Positions 1-8,724 of a stretch of 64,000 bases of DNA are shown one piece after another (position 1 is the first letter of the stretch; the number at the start of each line of letters is the position of its first letter). This stretch comes from an uncultured Pseudomonadales bacterium. Lineage in GTDB: Bacteria; Pseudomonadota; Gammaproteobacteria; Pseudomonadales; JAUIET01. The translations under genes were made by a program, and so were the position numbers. The stretch is taken from the NCBI GenBank assembly GCA_964352475.1, contig CAYGSL010000002.1, forward strand, positions 106,071 to 170,070, given 5' to 3'. The notes below the pieces were generated by a model. It searched no databases, was not told the origin of the DNA, and saw only the letters and a program-made list of their open reading frames with translations.

Positions 1-352
1 CTTCGGTTTCGTAGCGGTCATTGAAGTCCAGCGAGATGTCGGTGGTGTCCTGAATCTTGCCCAACAGGGAATTGGCAGTAGTGGAGCTTTCTTCGCCCCG
101 CGCACCTGCGTGTTTGATCAACTCAGGGAACACTTCAAAATGGCCTGCTGAACAATAATCAACCAGTATCTGGCAGAATGTTTTCAGGCGCTGTATTTTG
201 GTTGGAGACTCATTAATCTGCTGATGCACGCCACAAACTGAGCAATACAAAACAATCAATTCCTGGCGCTCTTGCAGCCACCCCTCTATTGCGTGGTTCA
301 GTTTATCCGCGTTATCGGCCGTCATAATTATCTCACTGCTACTCTTCTCCAT
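1..352 (-). CDS. rsd: Rsd/AlgQ-family regulator of sigma-70 (N-terminal part only; C-terminus lies outside the window)
   Basis: Not in the ORF track because it runs off the window start. Manual translation of the minus strand from ATG 352..350 gives MEKSSSEIIMTADNADKLNHAIEGWLQERQELIVLY...FCQILVDYCSAGHFEVFPELI. The FCQxLVDYxSAGHF block matches E. coli Rsd / Pseudomonas AlgQ as I recall them. An alternative start ATG is at 325. Confidence 0.75.
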   Translation of the reverse strand, partial: MEKSSSEIIMTADNADKLNHAIEGWLQERQELIVLYCSVCGVHQQINESPTKIQRLKTFCQILVDYCSAGHFEVFPELIKHAGARGEESSTTANSLLGKIQDTTDISLDFNDRYETE

Positions 353-449
353 TAGTAAATATAGGCCAGCGTCGAAACCTCAGCAAGACCAACTAATACT
401 ATTGACTTTAGGTAGCCTCTATTTGCGTCTGCTACGCTTATAAAACTGG

Positions 450-875
450 ATGGATAAGGATATCACCATGCTCAAAATTTATACTTCTTTGCTCTTCTCT
501 GCGTTAGTTGTTTTAAACGCATCGACTGCAGTTGCCCAAACACAGTTAGAGAAGCCCACGTATGTGGCCTTAACACCTTCTTTTGTCACCAACTACGGCA
601 ATGACAGCAGCCGCCTTCGCTATTTGAAGGTGGATATTTCAGTGCGTGTTGAAACAATGCCGCACTCTCACACCGTAGAAAACCATGTTCCACAAATAAG
701 AAACCAAATAATCCTGCTGCTAAGCCAGCAGAGTAGCGACGGGGTTAACACGCACGAGGGCCGGCAGGAGTTGCGCGCTGAAGCCTTGAAAGCGGTTCAG
801 GAAATTCTGCTTAACGAAGAAGGCGAGAAAATAGTGACCGATTTGCTGTTTGATAACTTCGTGGTTCAGAGTTAA
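450..875 (+). CDS. FliL-family (flagellar basal-body-associated-like) protein, stand-alone
   Basis: 141-aa ORF. An N-terminal hydrophobic segment is followed by YVALTPSFVTNY..RYLKVDISV..PQIRNQIILLLS..LRAEALKAVQEIL..LFDNFVVQS, the layout typical of FliL-family proteins. No other flagellar genes are nearby. Confidence 0.7.
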   Translation: MDKDITMLKIYTSLLFSALVVLNASTAVAQTQLEKPTYVALTPSFVTNYGNDSSRLRYLKVDISVRVETMPHSHTVENHVPQIRNQIILLLSQQSSDGVNTHEGRQELRAEALKAVQEILLNEEGEKIVTDLLFDNFVVQS

Positions 876-885
876 GCCGAATCTA

Positions 886-2475
886 TTACTGCGCGTAATA
901 GTTCGCCAGAAACGTCTCAAAATCGGTGTTGTCGGCCGCCTCAATAGCGGCCTGCTTTTCCACGGATTGCCGCGCACAATCGCTGAAGTATTGCTCGCGT
1001 TCAGAGCTTAAGGGGTCGTCGGCAAAGTACTGCGCGTGCTCTCGCGACTTATGCATGGCGAATTTAAAATACGACTCATCAAAATCCGCCAGATCCGTCA
1101 GTACCTGGGCCGAGGGCAATGCATGCTCGCCACTTATTTTGCTGAATTGGCTACGCCAGGCCTTGCTGAATTGACTGGAGTCCTTGGCCTGGTCAAACAG
1201 ACCAGAGCAGGCTTCTATGCGGCTCATGAGTTCCTTGGCAGCCTCGGTCACCGTCAGTAATTGCCCGGCAAAATGTACTTGCGCTTCTGCAGCGCGACCA
1301 TTGTTAACCACTGTTTTATTGTCTACTCCAATAGCGCTGCACTCTTCCATTGGAATGGGCGGGCTGTCTTCCAGCAGACAAAACAGCAGAAAGGCATCAA
1401 TAAAGCGTATTTGCTCGGCATCGATACCCATAGGCAGATACGGGTTTACGTCCAGGCAGCGTACTTCGATGTATTCAACGCCTCTTTCCATCAGTGCCGT
1501 CAATGGCGGCTCGCCGGACTGGGTTACGCGCTTGGGTCGTACGCTACTGTAAAACTCGTTTTCAATTTGCAGCAAAGAGGTACTGAGCTGAATACGCTGA
1601 CCGTCCCGGTGCGTGCCAATGCGCTGGTAATTGTCAATAGTCTGAGTCAGAGCGCCGCTTAAAGTAGCGGCATATTCATCCAGGGTGTTGTAGCAAACAT
1701 ACAAGCTTTCCTGCTCGCTGCTTTGATAGCCCAGGTCACCCATGCGCAAGGAAGTACCTTGTGGAGAGAACAATGTGCCTTTGCCGCGGCGAGACAAGCG
1801 ATGCTGGTCATGGCCCAGAAAGGTTTGGCACAAAGCAGGAGATGCGCCAAACAAATACACCAGCAGCCAGGAGTAGCGCCTGAAATTTCGAATCAGGTGG
1901 AAATACTGTTCTGTTTTGAAATCCTGCAAACTTCCGGTGGCTGAGCACTGCTGCTGATAAGCCGCCCAGAACGCTTCACTGAAAGAAAAATTGTAATGCA
2001 CTCCGGCAATGGTTTGCATAGCACGGCCATAGCGCTCGCCTAACCCCAGTCGGTAGGCGGTTTTCATCTGGCCAATGTTCGAGGAACCGTATTGCGCCAC
2101 AGGTATGCCAGCATCATCTGGCAATATGCAAGGCATGCTGGCAGCCCACAATGTTTCCTGGCTGGCCGCTGTAGAGCGTGCTCCATTCAGCCCCGCGTAA
2201 CTGAATTGATGAATCTCGCGCAACCAGGCCAGCACTTCGTCCACGCTTTGGCAGACTGGCGTGATGAACTCAAGTAAAGCTTCAGAAAAGTCGGTGGTGA
2301 TGTGCGGGTTCGCCAGAGCACTACCAAATGCTGCAGGGTGCGGGGTTTGAGCAATATTTCCGTCGCTTTGCACCCGCAGGCTTTCCTTCTCAATGCCACG
2401 GTTTACATCGCGTAACAGACGATAAGTATCAGACTGTTGCAGCTTGTTTATTTGTTGATTAAGGGCAGATGACAC
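886..2475 (-). CDS. gshA: glutamate--cysteine ligase
   Basis: 529-aa ORF. The length and motifs (RGIEKESLRV, HITTDFSEALLEFITP, VHYNFS, MGDLGYQS) are typical of proteobacterial GshA. Confidence 0.93.
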   Translation of the reverse strand: MSSALNQQINKLQQSDTYRLLRDVNRGIEKESLRVQSDGNIAQTPHPAAFGSALANPHITTDFSEALLEFITPVCQSVDEVLAWLREIHQFSYAGLNGARSTAASQETLWAASMPCILPDDAGIPVAQYGSSNIGQMKTAYRLGLGERYGRAMQTIAGVHYNFSFSEAFWAAYQQQCSATGSLQDFKTEQYFHLIRNFRRYSWLLVYLFGASPALCQTFLGHDQHRLSRRGKGTLFSPQGTSLRMGDLGYQSSEQESLYVCYNTLDEYAATLSGALTQTIDNYQRIGTHRDGQRIQLSTSLLQIENEFYSSVRPKRVTQSGEPPLTALMERGVEYIEVRCLDVNPYLPMGIDAEQIRFIDAFLLFCLLEDSPPIPMEECSAIGVDNKTVVNNGRAAEAQVHFAGQLLTVTEAAKELMSRIEACSGLFDQAKDSSQFSKAWRSQFSKISGEHALPSAQVLTDLADFDESYFKFAMHKSREHAQYFADDPLSSEREQYFSDCARQSVEKQAAIEAADNTDFETFLANYYAQ

Positions 2476-2876
2476 TCGGGGTAACCAGGCAAATCAGCGG
2501 ACCGCGCAGCATACCAGACCCGGATTGTAATTCCAGCAATGAGGCAAATGTAAACAAGTGAATTAAACGTCGGCTTTTTTTACAGTAACGATTGATTATT
2601 AATCGAATTGCTTGATAATCCGCCGCAAGTGAACAGTGCCTGAGCAGCTTCGCCGCAAAAAACGCGGCAAAATAGCTCAATGGCACCGAATTTGTCGAAA
2701 AAATTAACAGTTTTTGCAGCGATCAATCGCGCGAAATCAGTAAGTTATTGAATAATAAAGAAATATTTAATTGGTCCGATAATTGCAGCTTTTGTATAGC
2801 TGCTTGAAGCAGGCCAGGGAAAGTCCTTAGTGGGCTTAAAGAGATATAGAGGGCGGGAAAACCCGCAGTAATCGGA

Positions 2877-3098
2877 ATGAAATTTAAGCTGAAGTTACGT
2901 CACTGGATTGTTATTGGCATTTTCGCCACCATGACCCCTACGCTGGCGTATGCAATTACTCATTTATCACATGCACCGGAGCCGGGCAATTTGGCCTTGC
3001 TGGGCTTGGGTTTGATTAGCTTAGGCATCGTCAGGCAGCGCGCACGTCGCCGCGCGAACCGGCAAGACAACGAACAAGCAGCTCTGGATTACTCGTAG
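2877..3098 (+). CDS. very small PEP-CTERM sorting-domain protein
   Basis: 73-aa ORF. It has a signal-peptide-like N-terminus (MKFKLKLRHWIVIGIFATMTPTLAYA) and only about 7 residues before the PEP-CTERM-like signal, PEPGNLALLGLGLISLGIVRQRARRR. A 14-aa tail follows. A hairpin terminator lies downstream. Confidence 0.55.
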   Translation: MKFKLKLRHWIVIGIFATMTPTLAYAITHLSHAPEPGNLALLGLGLISLGIVRQRARRRANRQDNEQAALDYS

Positions 3099-3145
3099 CC
3101 GTCACCAGCCTGCTAGGTCGAAGTAACACAGTTTCTTCCTATTGG

Positions 3146-3170
3146 CCCCGCTCCGGCGGGGCGTTTCTTT
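3146..3170 (+). terminator. rho-independent terminator candidate after the PEP-CTERM ORF
   Basis: The stem is ccccgc (3146-3151) / gcgggg (3156-3161) with loop tccg, followed by cgtttcttt. Confidence 0.6.
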
Positions 3171-3305
3171 GCCTTTAATCCGGTGCTAGCATCGCTTAAA
3201 TTTGATCCTGTTTGCGAACTATTCCTCGTAAGTCGTTGTTGACCGGCGAGTTTTATTCAGGGATATTTCCTTTTCCTTTGAATACCGGCGTACAACAACA
3301 ACGAC

Positions 3306-3599
3306 ATGAAGCGCGATCTGATGGTGATCTATCGCATACTCGAGAAAGTCGAGTCCAGCGATTTCGATTCAAGCGAACAAGCTATCCCGATACCAGTGAT
3401 ATTGCCTGGCGTGCCACCGAAGGTGGTTCAATACCATTTTTTGCTGCTGCAGGATGCCGGCTTCATAGAAACCATCTCCAATGAGCAAGGCATGCTGGCG
3501 CCCACCCGTCTCACCTGGAAGGGGCATGACTATCTGGACCATGCCAGCGACGTGGTGATCGATTCCGTTGAAAACTTGTTTGCTGAAGTGCATAGCTAA
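3306..3599 (+). CDS. small winged-helix-like protein (recalled as DUF2513-like)
   Basis: 97-aa ORF. MVIYRILEKVE...VQYHFLLLQDAGFIE...LTWKGHDYLD resembles the DUF2513 family as I remember it. There is no partner gene. Confidence 0.55.
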   Translation: MKRDLMVIYRILEKVESSDFDSSEQAIPIPVILPGVPPKVVQYHFLLLQDAGFIETISNEQGMLAPTRLTWKGHDYLDHASDVVIDSVENLFAEVHS

Positions 3600-3607
3600 C
3601 TAGATAG

Positions 3608-4900
3608 CTATAACAAGTCGGCGATTTGATCCGGCCCAACCGCACGCCCTACATAATAGCCCTGAACAGAGTCGCAGCCCGCCGCGCGCAAAAAATGCAG
3701 TTGCTCGGTATTCTCAACACCCTCGGCAACCACCTTCATATCCAGGCTGTGGGCAATGTCTATTACCGCCCGGGTGATGGTGGCATCAACATGTTGGCAA
3801 TGCGCGTTTTGCACAAATTGCCTGTCAATCTTTAATACGTCGGCCGGAAACTCTTTTAACACTCGCAGCGATGAGTAGCCGGTGCCGAAATCATCGATTG
3901 CTACCCTAACGCCAGAACTGCGCAGCGTATCAAGGCTTTTGATAATACGTTTTTCCGATTCCAAAAAGTCGCTTTCAGTGATCTCAAGTACCAGACGAGC
4001 TGCCGGGAAGTTCAGGCGACCCAGAATTTGCTCGGTGATCTTAACCAGGTCACGGTGCTCAATCTGCCTGGCGGCGAAATTCACCGCCACGTATTCCAGG
4101 CTATTGTCGCTTGTCAAAAATTGGATTGTTTCAGCACACGCGTGACTCAACACGCGCTCACCAATATCAGCGATCAAACCGCTTTCTTCGGCTAACGGAA
4201 TAAACTCCGTGGGCTCTATCCAGCCAAGATCTGCGTGACGCCAGCGTGCCAGCGCTTCCAGACCGGTAACCCGGTCTGAGCGCAAATCAAATATGGGTTG
4301 GTAAAACACGCTTATCTGGTCGGCTTCCAGTGCGCGGCGCAAATCAAGCTCTAAATCCAGACGTCTCAGTGGCTGTTGTTGTACAGAGCCTGAATAAAAC
4401 GTAAAGCAGTTGCCGCCTTTGCTTTGCCCCTCGCTGGCCACCAGCCCTGCTTGTTGCAGCAGTTCAATGCCATCAAGTGGCAACTTGGTGCTGCTACTGG
4501 CAATACCTGCGCTGGCAGTCACCACTACTGTTTGGTGGTCTATCAATAGTGCTTCACGAGAATTGCCAAGCGCTGTTTCGCACAGTGCTCGTAACCTGGT
4601 TTTGCTGGTGCTGGTGAGCAAGACCGCAAATTCGTCGTCAGCGAGATGAGTGAAAGCGATTGCATCCGGGAAAGCGTGCAGAATTCGTTCGCCAATTTCG
4701 TCATGAGCCTGATGGGCGAACTCGTGACCCAAAGCAGAGACAATCTTTCGATAGCGATCCAGATACAACACAATCATGTGAACGCTTTCACCGCTGGCCT
4801 GGGCGTGACCTGCCCGGCTCAGCAATTCATGCCGATCGCAAGTTTGATTATTGTCCCGCTCTTGTGCGGCCAGATTATCCTGCTGTTCCATGCGCACCAT
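3608..4900 (-). CDS. degenerate-GGDEF / EAL domain protein (probable c-di-GMP phosphodiesterase)
   Basis: The ORF track extends to 5125, but that extension overlaps uvrD; a start at M76 (ATG 4900) is likely. The GGDEF position reads ADDEF. The EAL domain motifs are intact (GLEALARW, EITES, DDFGTGYSS, KIDRQF, EGVE, QGYY). Confidence 0.85.
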   Translation of the reverse strand: MVRMEQQDNLAAQERDNNQTCDRHELLSRAGHAQASGESVHMIVLYLDRYRKIVSALGHEFAHQAHDEIGERILHAFPDAIAFTHLADDEFAVLLTSTSKTRLRALCETALGNSREALLIDHQTVVVTASAGIASSSTKLPLDGIELLQQAGLVASEGQSKGGNCFTFYSGSVQQQPLRRLDLELDLRRALEADQISVFYQPIFDLRSDRVTGLEALARWRHADLGWIEPTEFIPLAEESGLIADIGERVLSHACAETIQFLTSDNSLEYVAVNFAARQIEHRDLVKITEQILGRLNFPAARLVLEITESDFLESEKRIIKSLDTLRSSGVRVAIDDFGTGYSSLRVLKEFPADVLKIDRQFVQNAHCQHVDATITRAVIDIAHSLDMKVVAEGVENTEQLHFLRAAGCDSVQGYYVGRAVGPDQIADLL

Positions 4901-4937
4901 TCTAATGCCCGCGGGTTTTATTTGATACCATAGCCGG

Positions 4938-7169
4938 ATGAATCTAGACCACATAACTGCACAGCTAAACGCCGAGCAAAAACAGGCAGTCACTGCCGAT
5001 TCCCAAAATGTTCTGGTATTGGCAGGAGCAGGCAGTGGCAAAACACGTGTGTTGGTGCATCGCATTGCGTATCTGATCCAGGCCGCTGACTTTTCTCCCC
5101 ACAGCATACTGGCCGTTACCTTCACTAATAAAGCCGCAAAGGAAATGCGCTATCGAATTGAGGAACTACTGGCCACGCCAATCAGGGGCATGTGGGTGGG
5201 TACGTTTCATGGTTTGGCGCATCGCCTGTTGAAAGCGCATTGGCAGGAAGCCGGCTTAGCGCAAAATTTTCAGATTCTGGATTCAGACGATCAGTTGCGA
5301 ATTGTGAAACGCACCTGCAAAAATCTGGATCTGGACGACAGTCGTTGGCCGCCAAAGCAGGCTCAGTGGTGGATCAACGAGCAAAAAGACGAAGGTCGCC
5401 GGGCCGCCCATATTAATGCCTCGGGTGACGTATTCCACGAGACAATGCTGCGAGTGTATCGCGGTTACGAAGAAGCCTGTGAGCGTGGCGGTCTGGTGGA
5501 CTTCGCCGAGTTGCTGCTGCGGGCTCATGAGCTATGGCTGAAGCAGCCAGCAGTGTTGCAGCACTATCAAGGTCGCTTCAAGGCGATTCTTGTTGATGAG
5601 TTTCAAGACACCAACACCATCCAATACGCCTGGTTAAGAGTGCTTGCCGGCAACAGCATTGCGGTAACTGCAGTAGGTGACGATGATCAGTCAATCTACG
5701 GTTGGCGCGGTGCGAGAATTGAAAATATTCAGCAATTCACCGAAGATTTCAAGCACACTGAAGTTGTTAGGCTGGAACAAAACTACCGTTCTACAGCAAC
5801 CATTCTGAACGCGGCCAATGCGCTGATTGCAAATAACTCGGGTCGAATGGGTAAAAACCTGTGGACCGAGGGAGCAGAGGGTGAGGCGATCAGCCTGTAC
5901 TCCGCGTTCAATGAACTCGATGAAGCGCGTTATATCGTTGAACGCATAGAGAGCATTTTACAACACGGCCATAAGCGCGACGAAATCGCCATCTTGTATC
6001 GCTCTAATGCGCAGTCACGTGTTATTGAAGAAGGACTGTTAAGACAGTCCATCCCTTACCGTGTTTACGGCGGTCAGCGCTTTTATGATCGCTTGGAAAT
6101 TAAAAACGCCTTGGCCTATATGCGCCTGATTGTCGCACGTGGTTCAGACGCAGCCTTTGAGCGAGTGGTGAATATTCCTACTCGCGGCATTGGTGGTAAA
6201 ACACTGGATGAAGTGCGGCTATTGGCACGTGACCAGCAGATTTCACTGTGGGAGGCCAGTAAGCAAATCATCGATGGTCAGCGGCTTAACGCGCGCGCGT
6301 GCAACGCACTTCTGGGCTTTTTGAACCTTGTGGATGCGCTGGACAAGGGCACTGACGACATGAGCCTTGCCGAAATGGCTGATCATATCCTGCAGCACTC
6401 CGGATTACTGGATTATCATGGCAAGGAAAAAGGCGAGAAAGGCCAGGCCAGAGTTGAAAACCTGGAAGAGCTTGTCAGTGCTTGCAGGGGTTTTGAGCCT
6501 GATGATGAAGACTTGAGTCCGCTGCAAGAGTTTCTCGACACCGCTGCCCTTGATTCAGGTGACGCACAAGCCGATGAATTTGAAGACAGCATTCAAATGA
6601 TGACGCTGCACTCTGCCAAAGGATTGGAATTTCCCTATGTCTTTCTCACCGGCATGGAAGAAAACCTGTTTCCGCACCGCATGTCTATGGACCAGCCGGG
6701 TCGACTCGAGGAAGAACGCAGGTTGTGTTACGTAGGGTTAACGCGTGCCATGCAAAAGCTGTTTCTAAGCTACGCCGAGGTGCGCAGATTGCATGGCAGC
6801 GATACGTTTAATACGCAGTCACGGTTTGTTCGCGAGATACCGGCCAGTCTGCTGCAGGAAGTCAGGCTTAAGTCAGAAGTTCAACGGCCGGTACACCATG
6901 GTTATTCTGAAAGCCGCCACACCGGTTATAGCAAGCCAGGCTACAGTAACGGGAATTCTTACCGCGGCAAACTTGCCCAGGCGAATCAGGCCGAGGCCAA
7001 CGCGGCCGTGGGTTTTCAGCTGGGCCAGCGCGTTATACACAAAGTGTTTGGCGAGGGCGTGGTGTTAAATTATGAAGGCCAGGGCGGCAATGCCAGGGTA
7101 GAAGTTAATTTCGACGGCGCAGGCAGTAAGTGGCTGGTGGCCGCTTTAGCCAAACTCGAAGCGCTGTAA
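4938..7169 (+). CDS. uvrD: DNA helicase II
   Basis: 743 aa. It has Walker A AGAGSGKTRV, LVDEFQDTN, QNYRS, TLHSAKGLEF and VGLTRA, and the length is typical of full-length UvrD. Confidence 0.93.
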   Translation: MNLDHITAQLNAEQKQAVTADSQNVLVLAGAGSGKTRVLVHRIAYLIQAADFSPHSILAVTFTNKAAKEMRYRIEELLATPIRGMWVGTFHGLAHRLLKAHWQEAGLAQNFQILDSDDQLRIVKRTCKNLDLDDSRWPPKQAQWWINEQKDEGRRAAHINASGDVFHETMLRVYRGYEEACERGGLVDFAELLLRAHELWLKQPAVLQHYQGRFKAILVDEFQDTNTIQYAWLRVLAGNSIAVTAVGDDDQSIYGWRGARIENIQQFTEDFKHTEVVRLEQNYRSTATILNAANALIANNSGRMGKNLWTEGAEGEAISLYSAFNELDEARYIVERIESILQHGHKRDEIAILYRSNAQSRVIEEGLLRQSIPYRVYGGQRFYDRLEIKNALAYMRLIVARGSDAAFERVVNIPTRGIGGKTLDEVRLLARDQQISLWEASKQIIDGQRLNARACNALLGFLNLVDALDKGTDDMSLAEMADHILQHSGLLDYHGKEKGEKGQARVENLEELVSACRGFEPDDEDLSPLQEFLDTAALDSGDAQADEFEDSIQMMTLHSAKGLEFPYVFLTGMEENLFPHRMSMDQPGRLEEERRLCYVGLTRAMQKLFLSYAEVRRLHGSDTFNTQSRFVREIPASLLQEVRLKSEVQRPVHHGYSESRHTGYSKPGYSNGNSYRGKLAQANQAEANAAVGFQLGQRVIHKVFGEGVVLNYEGQGGNARVEVNFDGAGSKWLVAALAKLEAL

Positions 7170-7190
7170 GTAAACAGGATTACAAAAACG

Positions 7191-8285
7191 ATGAAACAAA
7201 TACGCATTTTGCTGTTCATGCTATGCAGCCTGGCGCTGTTGGCCTGTGGCACTGATCAACAAGCATCAAGCGCGAGCAACAGCGCAGAACAGCAACAGTT
7301 TAAATGGAAGCTGGTAACCACCTGGCCAAAGAATTTCCCTGGTCTGGGTATGGCGCCCGAACGCCTAGCCCAACGGGTAGAGCTTATGAGTAACGGTCGT
7401 CTGAAGATAAAGGTGTTTGGCGCTGACGAGCTGGTGCCGGCGATGGAGGCTTTCGACGCAGCACGAGAGGGTACGGCAGAAATGAGTCACGGTGGCGCCT
7501 ATTATTGGCGCGGCAAGGTAGCGACGTCACCATTCTTTGCGGCGATTCCATTTGGTATGACCGCGCAAGAGATGAGCGCCTGGTTGCATTATGGCGGTGG
7601 TTTGGAATTGTGGCGTGAAGCGTACGAGCCATTCGGTTTGATACCGCTTGCAGGCGGTAATACCGGTGTGCAAATGGCCGGTTGGTTTAATAAGGAAATA
7701 AATTCAGTCGAAGATCTTAAAGGTCTGAGAATGCGCATTCCCGGTTTGGGTGGTGAAGTCCTTAATAAAGTAGGCGGCGCCTCGGTCAATATGCCCGGTG
7801 GCGAATTGTTTACCTCTTTGCAGAACGGTGTGATAGATGCAACCGAGTGGGTTGGGCCGTACAACGATCTGGCGTTCGGTCTGCATAAGGCAGCCAAGTA
7901 TTACTACTACCCGGGTTGGCAGGAACCGGGCCCGAACCTTGAATTCACAGTTAACAAAGCAGCGTGGGACAGTCTGCCAGAAGATTTGCAGGCGATTGTT
8001 GAGTTTGCGGCACGCAGCGTGCATCAGGACACACTTGATGAATTCACCGCAAAAAACAACACCGCGTTGAAGACCTTGGTGGAAGAGCACGGCGTGCAAC
8101 TGCGCCGCCTGCCTGACGAAGTGTTGCTGGCATTGCGCGATGCCTCTGCAGAAGTAACAACAGAATTTGCCAACGCCTCACCGTTTGCGAAAAAGGTCTA
8201 CGAATCCTGGAAAACGTTCAAGGATGATGTCAACGCCTGGCACAAAATCTCTGAGCAGGCGTACATTGAAGCGCGCGAACTTTAA
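7191..8285 (+). CDS. TRAP transporter substrate-binding protein (DctP-type)
   Basis: 364 aa. It has a lipoprotein-like signal (LALLAC) and KWKLVTTWPKNFPGLG..AEMSHGGAYYW, typical of the COG4663-type TRAP periplasmic component. Confidence 0.85.
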   Translation: MKQIRILLFMLCSLALLACGTDQQASSASNSAEQQQFKWKLVTTWPKNFPGLGMAPERLAQRVELMSNGRLKIKVFGADELVPAMEAFDAAREGTAEMSHGGAYYWRGKVATSPFFAAIPFGMTAQEMSAWLHYGGGLELWREAYEPFGLIPLAGGNTGVQMAGWFNKEINSVEDLKGLRMRIPGLGGEVLNKVGGASVNMPGGELFTSLQNGVIDATEWVGPYNDLAFGLHKAAKYYYYPGWQEPGPNLEFTVNKAAWDSLPEDLQAIVEFAARSVHQDTLDEFTAKNNTALKTLVEEHGVQLRRLPDEVLLALRDASAEVTTEFANASPFAKKVYESWKTFKDDVNAWHKISEQAYIEAREL

Positions 8286-8298
8286 TAATCCTAACGAT

Positions 8299-8697
8299 CT
8301 ATTTTGGGATAGCTCGTGTGCGGCCGTTGTCGTCAATGGCAACGAACACAAAAACTCCTTCGGTGACTTTGTGCAGTTCGGTCTTGCCCTGGTTGACGGC
8401 CCACACTTCAACCTGAACGTGAATTGAGCTTCGCCCGGTACGGACCAGGGTTGTGTAGCAGCTAACCACGGCGCCAACCTTGACCGGTACCATAAAACTC
8501 ATTTCATCAATTGCAACCGTTGCCACGCGACCGTGGGCAATGCGCTCAGCGGTAACCAGGCCGGCTAAATCCATCTGTGAGACCAGCCAGCCGCCAAAAA
8601 TATCACCGCTGGCATTGGTGTCTTTGGGCATCGCAACCGCTTGCAAGGTGAGCTCGCCTAAGGGTGTTGGAACTTCATCATCGGCAATATCGGTCAT
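8299..8697 (-). CDS. acyl-CoA thioesterase (YciA-like hotdog fold)
   Basis: 132 aa. The sequence PKDTNASGDIFGGWLVSQMDLAG..VATVAIDEMSFMVPVKVG matches YciA-type thioesterases. Confidence 0.85.
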   Translation of the reverse strand: MTDIADDEVPTPLGELTLQAVAMPKDTNASGDIFGGWLVSQMDLAGLVTAERIAHGRVATVAIDEMSFMVPVKVGAVVSCYTTLVRTGRSSIHVQVEVWAVNQGKTELHKVTEGVFVFVAIDDNGRTRAIPK

Positions 8698-8724
8698 AGT
8701 TTTCCTTGAGAGCTGCGCTAAATT

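Noticed and set aside
4901-5125. The 5' extension of the EAL-protein ORF (MKVTASMLWGEK...).
   Set aside because: It overlaps the uvrD N-terminal coding region on the opposite strand and adds no domain. An internal Met at 4900 gives a sensible protein.
4938-7169. UvrD, and likewise RecQ at 19159..21015, as possible components of a phage-defence system.
   Set aside because: Both are full-length with housekeeping-type architecture. They sit among core metabolic genes, and there are no adjacent nuclease, ATPase or other defence partners.
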